From: Phallusia mammillata
Taxonomy: Eukaryota
Length of the DNA stretch: 64,000 nt
Reading direction: 5' to 3'
Assembly: GCA_965637545.1 (NCBI GenBank)
Contig: OZ281495.1
Coordinates: 19,282,001-19,346,000, forward strand
Shown piece after piece: positions 12,401 through 24,700 of the stretch (position 1 is the stretch's first letter; the number at the start of each line of letters is the position of its first letter). Below the pieces are notes generated by a model. That model saw only the letters and a list, made by a program, of their open reading frames with translations. It did not search any database and was not told the origin of the DNA. Both the position numbers and the translations under genes were made by a program.

Positions 12401-15400
12401 CAAGCATTTCTTTTTATTTGCCAGTTAGAGTATTGGGGTTCTCACTTATTTTTCTCCTTCATAATAGTTTTCTTCTTCCTCTTTCCTAAACATAATATTT
12501 TGTTTCTCATAAGTTTTATTTGATAGTTGCATTTGTAAACCGATATGTTTTATTGCAACGTTGTTTTATGTTTGCCAAAAAATTACATGGGTTTTAAATC
12601 AATATCTTTTGCAAGTGTAGGAATTTAACCGTTTTAAAAACACAAACAGTATTCTATGTAGCAGACTGTTTTGGACTTTCTGTGTATTTAGGTTAGTGTG
12701 TAAACTCTTCCAACATTCTTCGGCTGGGCGTCATGTTCTACTGTTTCCTCAATTTTATTCAGACGTCGGCGCCCGTGGCCTCCACGTCACGCGATAACGT
12801 CAGGAAGATGCAAGTGGCATGTCGGCCATTTTTGTAGATTGTTCCATCGAACACGATTTCGTAATTAGCCGTGGCCTTTATGCCTTCCGATATGTCGATG
12901 CCGCTGCCAACAGTGTTCCCATCAAACTTGTCAAATCCCTGCGCTGATAAAATTTTCGCGCTTTAAAGAAGGAGTTTGATCACCGCACAGCCATTTCTCC
13001 CAAGCACCTGCTATTGGCAACACTTTCAAATGTATTTTGATTGTGTGTCGAGATTAACTCTGATCCGGATTAATTGACTGCTCTTAGAGCGAAATTCATA
13101 CACTGCTTGCTTGGTGTACAAGTGTACCACACACTGCTAGCTGTTTGTTGTGCAACGTTACGCTGATCATTTGTGGCTCGTTTTGCACTTTCATCGCGCC
13201 AAGTCTGTTTACAACAGTAAGTTTACATATGATGCTATCGGCTACTCACAATATGGCCGACCGACTTGGATAGAGACCGCCTACCTTGACCAAACGTCGC
13301 CGACTCAACGACCCACTGAGTCTCATTCTGTTCAGCGCAGTTTACCCTGCGTGAATCATGCTTACAGGGTTGCCTGCTGGCGGCTTGCTAATGTGCGTAA
13401 CAGCTAAATTAGCTTGAAATGAATTGGTCACAGCGGTTGTTACGTGTGTCTACCCCACACATAGCCGCTTCTGTGTTAAATGGCTAAATCCAACGGAGAA
13501 CAAGGTTTTCAGGGCTGTTTAAATATTTTCCTAAATTACGTATACCGATAACGTTTTGTGACTTTCTAAAAAAAAATTTGCTTTCTTCCAACATTTTAAA
13601 CTTTGAGCAAAAAATCAGAGCCAGTATTTGTGTGTAAAACATGACTACGTTACTATTTTGAACTTTTATTTACGAATATTCAATTTTCATTGATTTCTGA
13701 TCGTTCACAAAAATCGTGAAATTATAAGGCAGTTTGAAAGCAATAAAATGTGGTTTAATTTTAAATTCATGTGATCGATGCCGCCTTGGTGGTCTTGCTT
13801 TTCCACCAAGAGTTATCGTTTGACTTTCGGATTTCATGTCACGTCGTTTACCTTTCAATCTGTGTGCGCTTACACGAGTCGCTCGCTGGCGATTTATTTT
13901 GACAAGAACGACGGACAAAGCGCACCAGAACGCTTTTTCCGCTTTCAATTTCGACCAGGTCGTACGTGCCACACATGGACACGTCCCACATAAGTGACAC
14001 GTCGAAAGTTGGTAGCGTGGGTTGCTGTTTTGATGTTACCTTACCAACCCAACCCCCGTCAAGTCAGCGCACTGTAGTGTGTCGTGACAACCCCACAATA
14101 CTTTGTTGGTGTTGCAGCTGCCGACTGTCGCTTTGCGCCTCCATTGATTCCGGCCAACACGTCTACGCCCAACTATTAAATATTCACCAAACTTTAGGTG
14201 AATGTGTAAAGGTTTTGGCGCCAGTGTGGGTGGCCGCACATTATCCCAGCATTCTTCAAACATTTTGAAGTCTTGTCGTTTTGGACTGACCGCCACTCGT
14301 TTGCTTGTTGAGGGCGACCTGTCACTCATTCAAGTGAGCGTATCCACATCGGCCCCTTTTGTTGAATTCCTTTTTCTTACCAGTTTTTATTTCTGTTTAG
14401 TTGGGTAACTTAAGCAGAATAAAAATATTGGTTTTCTTACTTTTGTTAAATATTTACTTCCTCGTTTAAGGCATTTTGTAAGTGTGGACCAAGTAGGAAA
14501 ACGGGCGTTCCATATATTTATTGAAGCAAAAACCGGGGACAATTTGGGTGAACCAAAAAAAACTGAGCTTTTGTTTTACCGATATATAGTTTGTGAATGA
14601 TGAATTTCGATAAAGTTGTGCGCTTTTAGAAGTTGTTGATCGCGTGACAAGCTGCTATCATCGAAACTATTCTTACATAAGACTCCCTTGGCTGTTTGGC
14701 CGATTTCGTCATGCATTTATATTGCCACCCACTTATGTAAAGCGATATCTTTTTGAGGGCAAGCTGATCGGGATCACCGTAACCCTGGCACGGCGGTATC
14801 TGCTCAATATATTTCGACGGTTTCTCCTTGCGGTTCTGATGGTCACGTTTGTTTTAACTCCAAAAAGATACAAAAAGTAACAGAATGTCCTAAAATGTGA
14901 TTGGTTGCATTTGGTCTTTTTATTGTTACGATTTTGACTGCGTTTCGGTTCAGTGGTCGGTACTTGGTATATTTCACAAAAACATGACGTTGTCTCGCTG
15001 CAATCGCTTTGAACGTGACCACAAGACGGCGCCACGCGCCTAGGCCTTTCGGTGTTAATCTTCGCCGGTGTTGGAAAAATTCCCAGTTTCAGTAAACTTC
15101 AATCGGAGCCCGGCACACATTCATTTTTCATCATGGCGAGTGTCGTGTGGTAGACTGGCGTCTCAATTCCCGACAGCAGCGGATCAATGAGAAGAAATAA
15201 GTGCGTGATTCATTTCGCCGATGCTCAGCAGTCTCCGGCTCGGCGCAGGCTGTCCAACTTACAACAGGGCGATGAGAACGCCACGTCCGACCACCGTGCG
15301 CGCCGGCGATGTGCTTTATTTGTGAAACGTGATGTTAATTTGGCGACAGCGATTTTCACGCATTTTTACACGTCGATTCGGCCGACCACCTGTTTATTAC

Positions 15401-18400
15401 TGGTCTACACCGATAAAGTCGCAAAACATGTTTGAATCCACAACACTGCGCGAATTCATATCAACACCCTGGGGTGCTTCAGGGAATTGGGTAAAACTTC
15501 CCCTGTCAAAATCACTTCATACAAGATGATGAAATATTATTGCGTAAAAGAACTGGCGAGGATCTTTTCTTGCGGTTTTAATAAAAGTGTTTATTACTGA
15601 AAAAGAGACAGAACAGGGGAGTAAAAACAAATTCGTAAAAAATCCCCATTTTGGCATTCCAAATACGACAAAATATATTGCTTGATAAAACTATCAGTCA
15701 GTGTGCATACATGTGGTATAAACTTGAATTCCATCAACGTTGATACCCATTGTTGGATTTACTGACTTGATTGCTGGATAGTACATTTTAGTGAATGACT
15801 TGTGTGATATTGTTGTTGTGTTTTTTCTCACCTCCAGGGCCATCGATCTTTATTTCCCACGCCTGTTGACTTGTTTCACGCGACCCTCGTCTCGCGTGAC
15901 GTAACGCTCATTGTGACGATGCCGCTATTTAAACAATACGGCCGCGAAACGTCAACGGCGATATGCGCTTTGCCATCTCTGCAGCTTGTATACCTTTTAC
16001 GACACCTAACGTACACCCCACTAAGTTGTTGTCTTTTTTTAGATAACAGAGGCAATAAGCAGAGGGAAGGGCAACTTATGCAGGAATGGTTTCAGTTGGT
16101 GCACAAGAAAAACGCAATCCTTCGTCAACAGGATCAACTTTCGCTGATGTAAGTATGACCTTGTTGATGAAAGTGCATTACTTGGCAAGAAACTTTTAAG
16201 CTGGGAAATCTCATTGTTGATTGTGGGAAACCTCGCTTCCTGCTGCTTGCATGGAATCGTGCTCCGCTGGAAATATGAGCGCTGTTTTTAATCGCTTTAA
16301 GGGTATCTCGAGATTTCCAACGATATTGGATATGTGTTGTTGCCGAGAAGAAACATTTTTGTTTATTAATAAAACAAGCAGGATGCAAAACTCGTGGCTA
16401 GCCAGTATTGGACATGCGCATGCGTGACATCAATGTCTTTCCTATTTATTTGTTCTCGGGAGAGTTGCGCACTTTTGCGTTTTAAGCCGGACGTGTGCGG
16501 GGCCACTCTTACAGCGTTAGGACGACTTTTGCCGCTGTGCAACCAATCACGCAAGCAAATTTGCTGAAATCAAGCAACCACGGTCGATTTGAGAAAATCC
16601 TAAAAGCGTGGACGGTGATATTTTTGGGTGAAAGGTGGACTGTGTACGTCGGTCGGTTGTCGTGTAAATCGCCCTCCACTCCCCATCGTCGCTACATCAA
16701 AGCCATCGCTTGCGTCAACACCGCGCTATGATAATAATAATGATGTTGTTGTGTATGTTGATTTGCAGGGAAGAGGAGCAAGAGATACTGGAGAAGGTTG
16801 ACAAGATTCACGAGGAACTTATACCTCTGATGGAGATTGAAGGTAACAAACCCAACCGTCATATATTTAGTGCATTTATACGTTTGATATTGTTTCAATG
16901 AAGTTTTCCGAAATAATTTACTGATATTCCACATGGCTTTTATCCAACAACAGTTCAGTTGCAAAGGCTACAAATTAATTGCATACGATTATGTCATTCG
17001 CATGCTTTACGCGAAATCAATGAAATCGATTGTTCTTCGTTCGTTGTTGCCAGAATTGAAAATTGAATTGTGATTAGAAAAGGCTTATGTCCCTGCACAA
17101 GGTTGTCTCCGTTGTTTGTACGCATGCAAACCAGGATTGAATGAAATTCGCTCCCACAAATAGAAACTGTAAAACCTCACCAGCGAGATATGGAAATTGC
17201 AACGAGTCTGGCATGTTTATTGTTTAAGGCGGATTGAAAGTTGTCGATGCACTTAATTAAATCCCAGGATCGTGTCGTCTCGCTGCCAGCACATTCCGTT
17301 GACACAACAAGACTAGGATAAATATAACTCGCCTACATCGTCGCCCGAACACACTTTAAACGCTTAGCGGTTTGCATCGGCGACGCTAGCTGGCGTCGAT
17401 AACCAAACCTCATCATTTATCAACAACAAAGAACTATCCTAACTTTGTCCAAACGGACTTGTTCTTTCGCACCAGAGCGTTTTCGTTCTCGTATAATCCC
17501 GCCTGTTCGGTCGTGTCGCATCCACCGCAAGAAACAGGATTCGACTCGTCTCGCCCGCTCCGTGTTGACGCACCAAGACATTAAGAAATGTTAATCTGTC
17601 CATAAACAGGATTAAACGCATGTAGATGTGGAGTGGATAAAAGCTTGTGGCATCCGCACACTTTATCGTCGACATTACATTGGGACTTTGTCCAATTGCC
17701 GCCGCTTGTCGTTGCTTGCTGATGAGTTTTCGAACCGGAAGCAGGTGTTCTCCGACGCTGTTTTGTGGTTCTTGCGTGAGCACGAAAAGTCCGGCTATTT
17801 TGGTCAAAAACATCGAGTTTTTCTCTAGGTGGATTGTGTGTAACATCTTGTGTAGCCGATTTATCGTTTTGTGTATAATAATAGTAAAAACTTGCTTGCT
17901 TCATGACAAAAATTTTAAACAATGTTTTCAAACGAAAGCTATGCTTCCATACCGTTCGGACTTTTGCCGCTAAAGGTATAAATTATTGCCATAGCATCAG
18001 GGCGTAGTTGAAACGCATACAAAAGTTATCACGCGCTAATACAAATTCAAAACATTCCGAACTGCATTACCGTCTATTTCAGTTTACTAAAGGGACGCCT
18101 TGAAACCCTACCTTCACATTCAAGGCGTTTTGTTTTAAGTAGTGGGCAAGGACTCGTTTCGACAGGGAATTACCCTCCGCAAGAGTCAAAGTTGAGGAAA
18201 TCCCGGCATTTGCATGTTATTACAACGACTTTTCTGTCATTACTAAGAAAGCTCAACCTTATCATAGCCGATCGTCGTTCAACGTTGTTGCGTAGCCGAA
18301 ACCTCTTCATCGTGATTCGGCTCTCGGATGCGCTTTTTCACCCTCGCTATTTGACGCGTGTGAATCGGTCATGGTGGCAGAAATCGGATTACAATTCTCG

Positions 18401-20543
18401 GATCAAAGCTATCGACTGAATCTTGCTGCTCACGTGTGTACACTTGCCATATATAAGCGGGCTAAGGTGGTGGGCCGAGTCTGCTTAATCCACTTGCTAA
18501 ACGGCTTGGTGTCGCGCGTTTGCAATCGTGATTAGATCTGCGCAGAATTTTGATCGACAACGCCTCGGATCGTCCATTCCTGCCATGCCATTAAGCTGCC
18601 GGGATAGCGTGCTTGTTTGTATACACAATGGGAATTGCAATGTTTCAACACAAATTAACGGTTGCTCGCTGTCACTCGCGGACCTTGTCGCGTGGCGTCG
18701 TTCCTGGCACTGACGTCATCAATCGCTGGTAGTTTCTGCGTCACAATCACTGCGGCGTCGTAATGTCTTGCCGGTTCTGTTTACCGTTGCCAAGGATAAG
18801 GGTCACGTGAGCACACCATGAATCGTAAATTATCGATTTTTAGCTTCTTCACAAGGTGAAGGCCACTTGAAATTTTGCTGCGGCGAACGTAATCAGTCAA
18901 ATTCATGGCAACGCATCGTCTTTGTCTGTCACGAGCCAATCGATTGTGATGAAAAAGCGCGTTGGGCCATTGCGAGTTGCTTGCGTAGTTTCAAATATGC
19001 GCATCCGCCATGTCTCTTGTTTCCAAGAAATGTTTTTCGCTAGTTCATGTTCGGTTCTAGGTAGCTCGCGGTCTTTTGCAGCGCCCAGTCCTCGCCCCGC
19101 CGCCTTGCGCTTGTTTTATACACAAACATACGCCGCGATATGTATATCGCCTTTGTTTGTTTGTGTTTGGCTGATGAATCGCCTAGTCGTGTCGAATCTG
19201 CCGCCGCGATTTATGGCTAAACAACGCGATGGAATCCTTAATCATTAATTGTTTGCCCAAGTAATACTGCCGTGCCCGTCATCCAAACAAGCCCAACGAC
19301 TTGTAATTGCGCCACGAGCTATTGTATTGCTGGATTAACAATGTCGCGAGTTTGGGGGGTAATTTAGCAATCAACTAGACAACGTCTGAAAGGCCTTAGG
19401 AAGATTCTTGCTTTAATAACCACCGAGCGTGTTTTTCGAGTGCACCACTTTCACGCATTGTCTTTGGATTAAAGCCGGATTTGTGTACGCGCCGCATTGT
19501 TCTCAACCGTGTAATTGTCGTTCGGCAACGGCGGCTCTCTCGGGCGTGGACATTTTTTCGCCAAGCGTTTTGCGGTCAAAATCACGTGCTACCACTGTTT
19601 CTGTGGACGCCTTTGATTTTATAATGTTAGCCACTGCTGTTCATGTAAATATGCGCGGGAACTAAATTATACATGAGCGTTTTAATTAGCTGTCTCACCG
19701 GGCGTGGCTCGGTTTGCGCTGCGGTCTGTTTAATAGCCACGTTCAAGCGCTCGCTTGGCCTTGTCCGCCTCGGTCATTTCAATGTTAGTCGGGAACTTGA
19801 AATTAGTCACCAAAGTTGTCCAGGTTGGTCGTTTATACCGCTCCGCTTGCGTAACACGGCGTGCCTCCTGTAATGTTGTAACTTGCTTGTATGAGTTGAA
19901 CTTGTTTGTGATAAGCTGTCACCGGCCTTTCTATCTCGTCCATCATACCTGCGTTGTCCAGCCATGACGACACATGCTTGCGATTGTTTTTGACTGGTGA
20001 GATTTAATTAAGCTCGACCACCCAGCCCGAAGATGATTTTGTAACTCGTAATTGTTTCACAATTATATCACCTTGTTTTTTACTTACAAGCATCTCAATC
20101 CATCCAAACTAACCCCAACTTTTATGATTAGATGTTATGAAGACGCTTGCTCAAAAAGAACGAGAAAAGGTTTTGCTTGACGAGAAATTTCGCTTGGTGA
20201 ATGAACGAGATCGAATTATGCAAGATATGAATGAAAAGGAGCAGATGTAAGTTTTCCTTTGTCGTAAAGTTTGCAACAAATTAATTTAGTTACTTACTAA
20301 GAGTCTGACAAAGTTTTCCCTGTCTGTGCAACATGGAGTCATTGCAAAGTTGACGGAAGTGTGTGAAGATTTTTCATAGATTACATTATGTTTTGTGATT
20401 AACAAAGGTTTAGCGCTAGTTTAACTTGGCTTTACATATTTCAAACATACAGGGCTTTGGAAGAGGAAGAGCGCCTGCAGACAAGTTTAGGTGAAAACAT
20501 GTCGAAAGTTATAAAGGACGATGAAAAGTGCGTGGTGATGTGA
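409..20543 (+). CDS. EHBP1: EH domain-binding protein 1 (NT-C2 + calponin homology + bMERB + CaaX), 5'-partial, 24 exons, about 1283 aa visible
   Basis: Phase-consistent GT-AG exons: 409-466, 840-995, 1106-1287, 2275-2378, 2477-2644, 2852-2948, 3043-3125, 3419-3498, 4399-4580, 4895-4943, 5004-5129, 5612-6517, 6669-6821, 6882-6956, 8436-8589, 8701-9234, 9292-9369, 9483-9569, 9783-9880, 9953-10049, 16043-16148, 16769-16842, 20132-20246, 20453-20543. NT-C2: [40 protein letters not shown]: [42 protein letters not shown]. bMERB: [35 protein letters not shown]. The protein ends in the CaaX box CVVM*. The first coding exon was not found and is probably upstream of the window. Low-complexity middle exons are less certain than domain exons. 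Confidence 0.93.
590..660 (+). repeat. Partial copy of the same dispersed repeat
   Basis: GCAACACATAAATAA..CAACTTGC..TGGGGACCCATTGTATTCTGTTTGCACAA matches the 5' part of the copies at 2045 and 55030. Confidence 0.5.
2045..2185 (+). repeat. Copy of an unnamed ~150-bp dispersed repeat
   Basis: Aligns by eye with 55030-55215: CAACTT..TGGGACCCAT.AGTTTCTG..AAACAA..GTTATAAAAG..ATATG..ACCCAAT.T.AAATA..GTGTA..TATGTGCAATG.CAATAT. Confidence 0.65.
5395..5523. repeat. Intronic inverted repeat (foldback) with ~45-bp arms
   Basis: GTATTTGAGTGTAAAACATC (5414-5433) is the exact reverse complement of 5485-5504, and the arms extend imperfectly to 5395 and 5523. A third, solo arm copy lies at 13606-13642. 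Confidence 0.8.
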
Positions 20544-21716
20544 CGACCTGAGATTCGACATCTGTTCCTGTTACACGAAGGTGCAGTTCGCTGCAAAAAC
20601 TTGCGTGTGCAGCAATTTTCGATGTTCTCAGCTTGCCAACTTGAAGTGGAAACAAATTTGTTCTTGCTCGATGTGCCTGAAACGTGCCACTGGCCATGGG
20701 CGATATTAATTGCCTAAATTCTCTTCAACCGCCTTTAAAGCGTGAAAGCTTTTGTGCTTGGACTTCATCCGCTCTTTACACTACTTACGATGGAGTTGCG
20801 GTGCGGTTTACGCCACGTCAACTGCGGTCCAATGTCGTGTTCTATTTTCCTTGTTGGTTTGTTCTTGTCGCTTCCACGCCTTTTTGGTGGCTGCGCCGCT
20901 TGTAATTGTTCCACCAAGCCAAACAGACGACAAATAAGTGCAATTTTTGACTTTAAACTTGCATTGTCCAATACCAATTCCGTATGTTTTTGTTTTGTTT
21001 TTATTTTCTTGTACATCAGTGTTGAATACTAAATCATCATCTTTTCGTTTTGTTCCTTCGATAAAAATATGACAACTTGATAGATTTCACTCATATATCT
21101 GTATTGCTAAATTTTGCAGTTCTTGTGGTATTGTTTGTTCCCAGTGTTTTCACGGCCACAAAGCACTTTTGGAGGTCATCGTTGGTTTTAACTAACTGTT
21201 GTAAGGCGTACCTTATTTTGCTTGCAATAACTTGTGATGCGCATTTATTCGTGTTCAGATTGACTATTGCGTTGAAGCCACCCTGAGGGGATTTGAAATA
21301 CATTGAGCCATTTCCATGCTTTGTTTTATAGCAGTATCTAGCCATTTTTGTTTAAAAACGCGAAATGATCAAACAAAATGTGGAGTGATAAACTTTTTAA
21401 AAGTTACTTTTCAAACAACTCCCTTAATTTAACGGGTAAATACTCATGTTAAGTGGAAAAGTTTGTTATTGACCGAATCGGTAGACCTAAACGGAAGTTA
21501 TTTTTCATCGGAATTAGCGCAATAAACGAATTATCTTACCCGAGGAAAAATTGCGTTCACATTCACAGTTTTTTTTTTTTTTTAAGGAATCATCTTGGTT
21601 TATTTGCGAATGTGCAAAGGTTATTTTAGCCGCAGTGTTAAGATTTAGATGCGATACAAACTCGTCTCGAAAATAGAGGCGCGATGTTTATTGACATCAC
21701 AAATAACTTTCTTGTA

Positions 21717-21760
21717 CCCCAGCGCGCAGAGTTTGTCGAACCCCAGCGCGCAGAGTTGTC
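21717..21760. repeat. Short direct repeat, 2 x ~24 bp
   Basis: CCCCAGCGCGCAGAGTTTGTCGAA followed directly by CCCCAGCGCGCAGAGTTGTC. Confidence 0.8.
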
Positions 21761-24700
21761 CGCGAACGTCAGTGCTTGATTTTTCAACGATCACTCACAA
21801 CCACTGACTCACACCGTCGAAAATATTTCGGAACAACAACTGCCCTTGACACACTGCGGGATTGTGACGTCACTTAGAGGGGATTTCAAGACGTGGAGTG
21901 GTAACTGGTAACGTTTCAAACGTATACAATGTAGTCGCGTTGAGATCTGTAAACCATAACAACAGTAGAATAGAGATTGTAATTTTGTACACAGGATAAA
22001 GCTTCTTAGTAGGGTATTAGCATAAACATGTGCCCATATCTTAAGAATCAATCTCCGCTCTGTTGTGGCGTTCAACCTCCGTTTGCCGAAAGATAAGTGG
22101 ACGAAAAGGCGTTGGCTTAGTTCAGCCAGTATCAGCGGTAGTCTGTAGATAGGCGGTGAAAACTTTAATGGGAACTAAGAGAATAACTGAAGTACAGAAC
22201 ATTTTTTCTTTTTTAATAATATTAAATTCGTGTCCGAACTTTAAATTATGTACAGTCGATTGTTTTTACTCTGTCAACGTCGGAAACTTACAGGCGCCTA
22301 GTTTGTTGAGCGTCAGTGCTTGATAGGCCACCCACTTGCAAGTAAGTTTGCTTCGTTTATAAACGAAACGGAGGAGTTTCGGGCATGCTGTGCAGCCGAG
22401 CACTTGTTTGCGTCAAGTGCTGGTGGTCAGTCATGTTGCGACGAGATTGGAGGCCAGTTGTAACCGACTTAATTATTACCTGTCAACTTTGATGTGGTAA
22501 ACGCGCGCGAAGCGTTTTCTATAGACCTGTCGCGACAAACGAGCCCGGCGCACACTTAGGCGAAATTATGATGTACGGCCAAGTCCCTTTGTTTACAAGA
22601 AAAGCACTCGTAAAAACTTGCAATCCCATCAAAAAGTTATCTTTCAACAAAGCTCGGTAAAATTATTGCACGACGGTTGTCACCCATGCTTACTCAATTT
22701 ACATAAATTTCTGCAGTGCTCGTATCATTTTACAAATTAAGATAAAAATCTTAATCACAACCGATTTTACTTGTTTAAATAGCAGTCTGGTGATTTTCAT
22801 TCTAAGATTTCATAATGCACGCCACTGCCAGCGAAGGCCAGAACGATGAATTGATCAAAGCGAAGCAAAAATTCCAATAAATAGATTTTTAGTTGAATTG
22901 AAAAATCTAGAAATATAAACCTTCCATAGTCGCTTGGTTTAAACTGCGTAAAACAATATTGGATCACTTCCATTCAATGTTGTCCTGTTTGTTCGTGGCT
23001 TGTAACAGAAACAATTATCGTCTTAAATCTTTGTTATAAACACCCTTTGTAGACGTCACAGACACTCGGACAAACTACTAAAATCGTTGGTACACGTGCG
23101 ACAAGAATTTGTTGTGATAACGGACTTGTGCTATTTCGTTTGATTCTTAGAGGCATCAGAAAGGGCCTTTTAAACCCGACATCACAACATTTGTTTTTGC
23201 GATTAACTACCGCTGCGTGCGGCTTCCACAGGTGACGTCACGAGCAGCGCTCTTAGTTTGTCACGCCATTTTCGTTTGGTAATTGACGTACTTGCCGATG
23301 CTGATCGACCACTGCATTTTTTAAGTTTCAAGTTGTGTTTTGCTTCTCCTCCGCCTTTTGTATGTGATCCGAGCCAAAATCCATACGGAGTTTTCATATC
23401 TGCAGATAACAGATGGATCGGAAAAAATACTCAAAACCATCTGCTTTGTTGGATATATATTCTATATGAAACCGACAATTATAATCCGCAAATCCAGCTT
23501 AAAGTGTCAAATGTTAATGGACCTGCTACACGGCGGGAAAGTTTAAAAGCTTCTGGTGGATAAGATTCCGGGCCATGAATAAAACGTTTGCCCACATTAC
23601 ACAAAAATCAAAAAATGCCCCCCTTTCTTGCCTTACCCGTAATGCTCCGGCTCACGGGTACTTTACAAAATGGCGTTCACTATGGAAAATTTGCATATTT
23701 TTCTACCATTACATGGGGATTAGTTATAAGGAAATTTACGACTTATCCAGATAAGCGAGGCCGCGAACCTTGTTTCTGAATTACCATGTTCATCCCTGCA
23801 TCACTTTAGGTTGGGTGATCACCCATGTCGACAGTGTAAAAAAAACTCGCGTTAAGGCGATTAGGCGTCCTTTGCAGAAATCACTGTTTGCCCAAGCAAC
23901 AAGCCAATGATCGTATCTTTTTCTGTGGACGAGCGAGACAATTGGGGTGGTGCACTCTAACATTTAGAGAGGTATTTGATTTGGGACGGTGTGTTCAAAG
24001 TGTATTAGTAACTTTTTGACAGTGAGTTTTTTTGCGCATAAACATACCAAAACCTTGGAAGTATATTTTTTCATTACCTGAGATGAAACTCAAGGCTTGA
24101 TCAAATATGTTTTTGGTGTAATATGAATAAGCAAGGGTTTCTTAGAAGTTTTGTTTTTGTATTAGGTATTTTTTTCTGCAGTTGTTGCTTCTATACCGTC
24201 CGTTCGCTGACCGCTTTTGAAGAAGGTAAGTTTATAGAAAACAATTAAAGTATGTTTACTTGCTGGCATACAGTAATCCTATGGGCGGGAATTTGTTGAA
24301 AGATATTTATTGTATTTATTTTCAATCCTTGCTAATCACTATCTAGAACATTGTCGCAAAAGTTTAATAATCTTATAATTACCGTTACGCCCAGTTGGTG
24401 CTTCGGTGGTTTTATTCGGTCCTTCTATTTTACCCTAGTTTTTAATTAGATACTAATTGGGCATTTTGTTGCCGCTAATTCGGTTTGTTGGCGAACAGAT
24501 TTGCACCAACGAACAATCGTTTGGAGCAACGATGTCGTTTTCGTTGAAGCTGGGCGTGTACTAGTAAGCGCGTGCGAATGGAGGGGCAACGGCCAGCACC
24601 TGCCATCAGCGCCATTTGTTCGAATTACTGCTAAACAATGAATCGTTCATGTCGTCACGCGTTCGAACGGGATTAACTGCAACTGGTCGATTATCGTTGA

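Noticed and set aside
12759-12965. Stop-free 67-codon minus-strand stretch ([19 protein letters not shown]...) behind an acceptor-like site
   Set aside because: It has no ATG, no partner exons were found, and I recognise no homology, so a nested gene is not supported.
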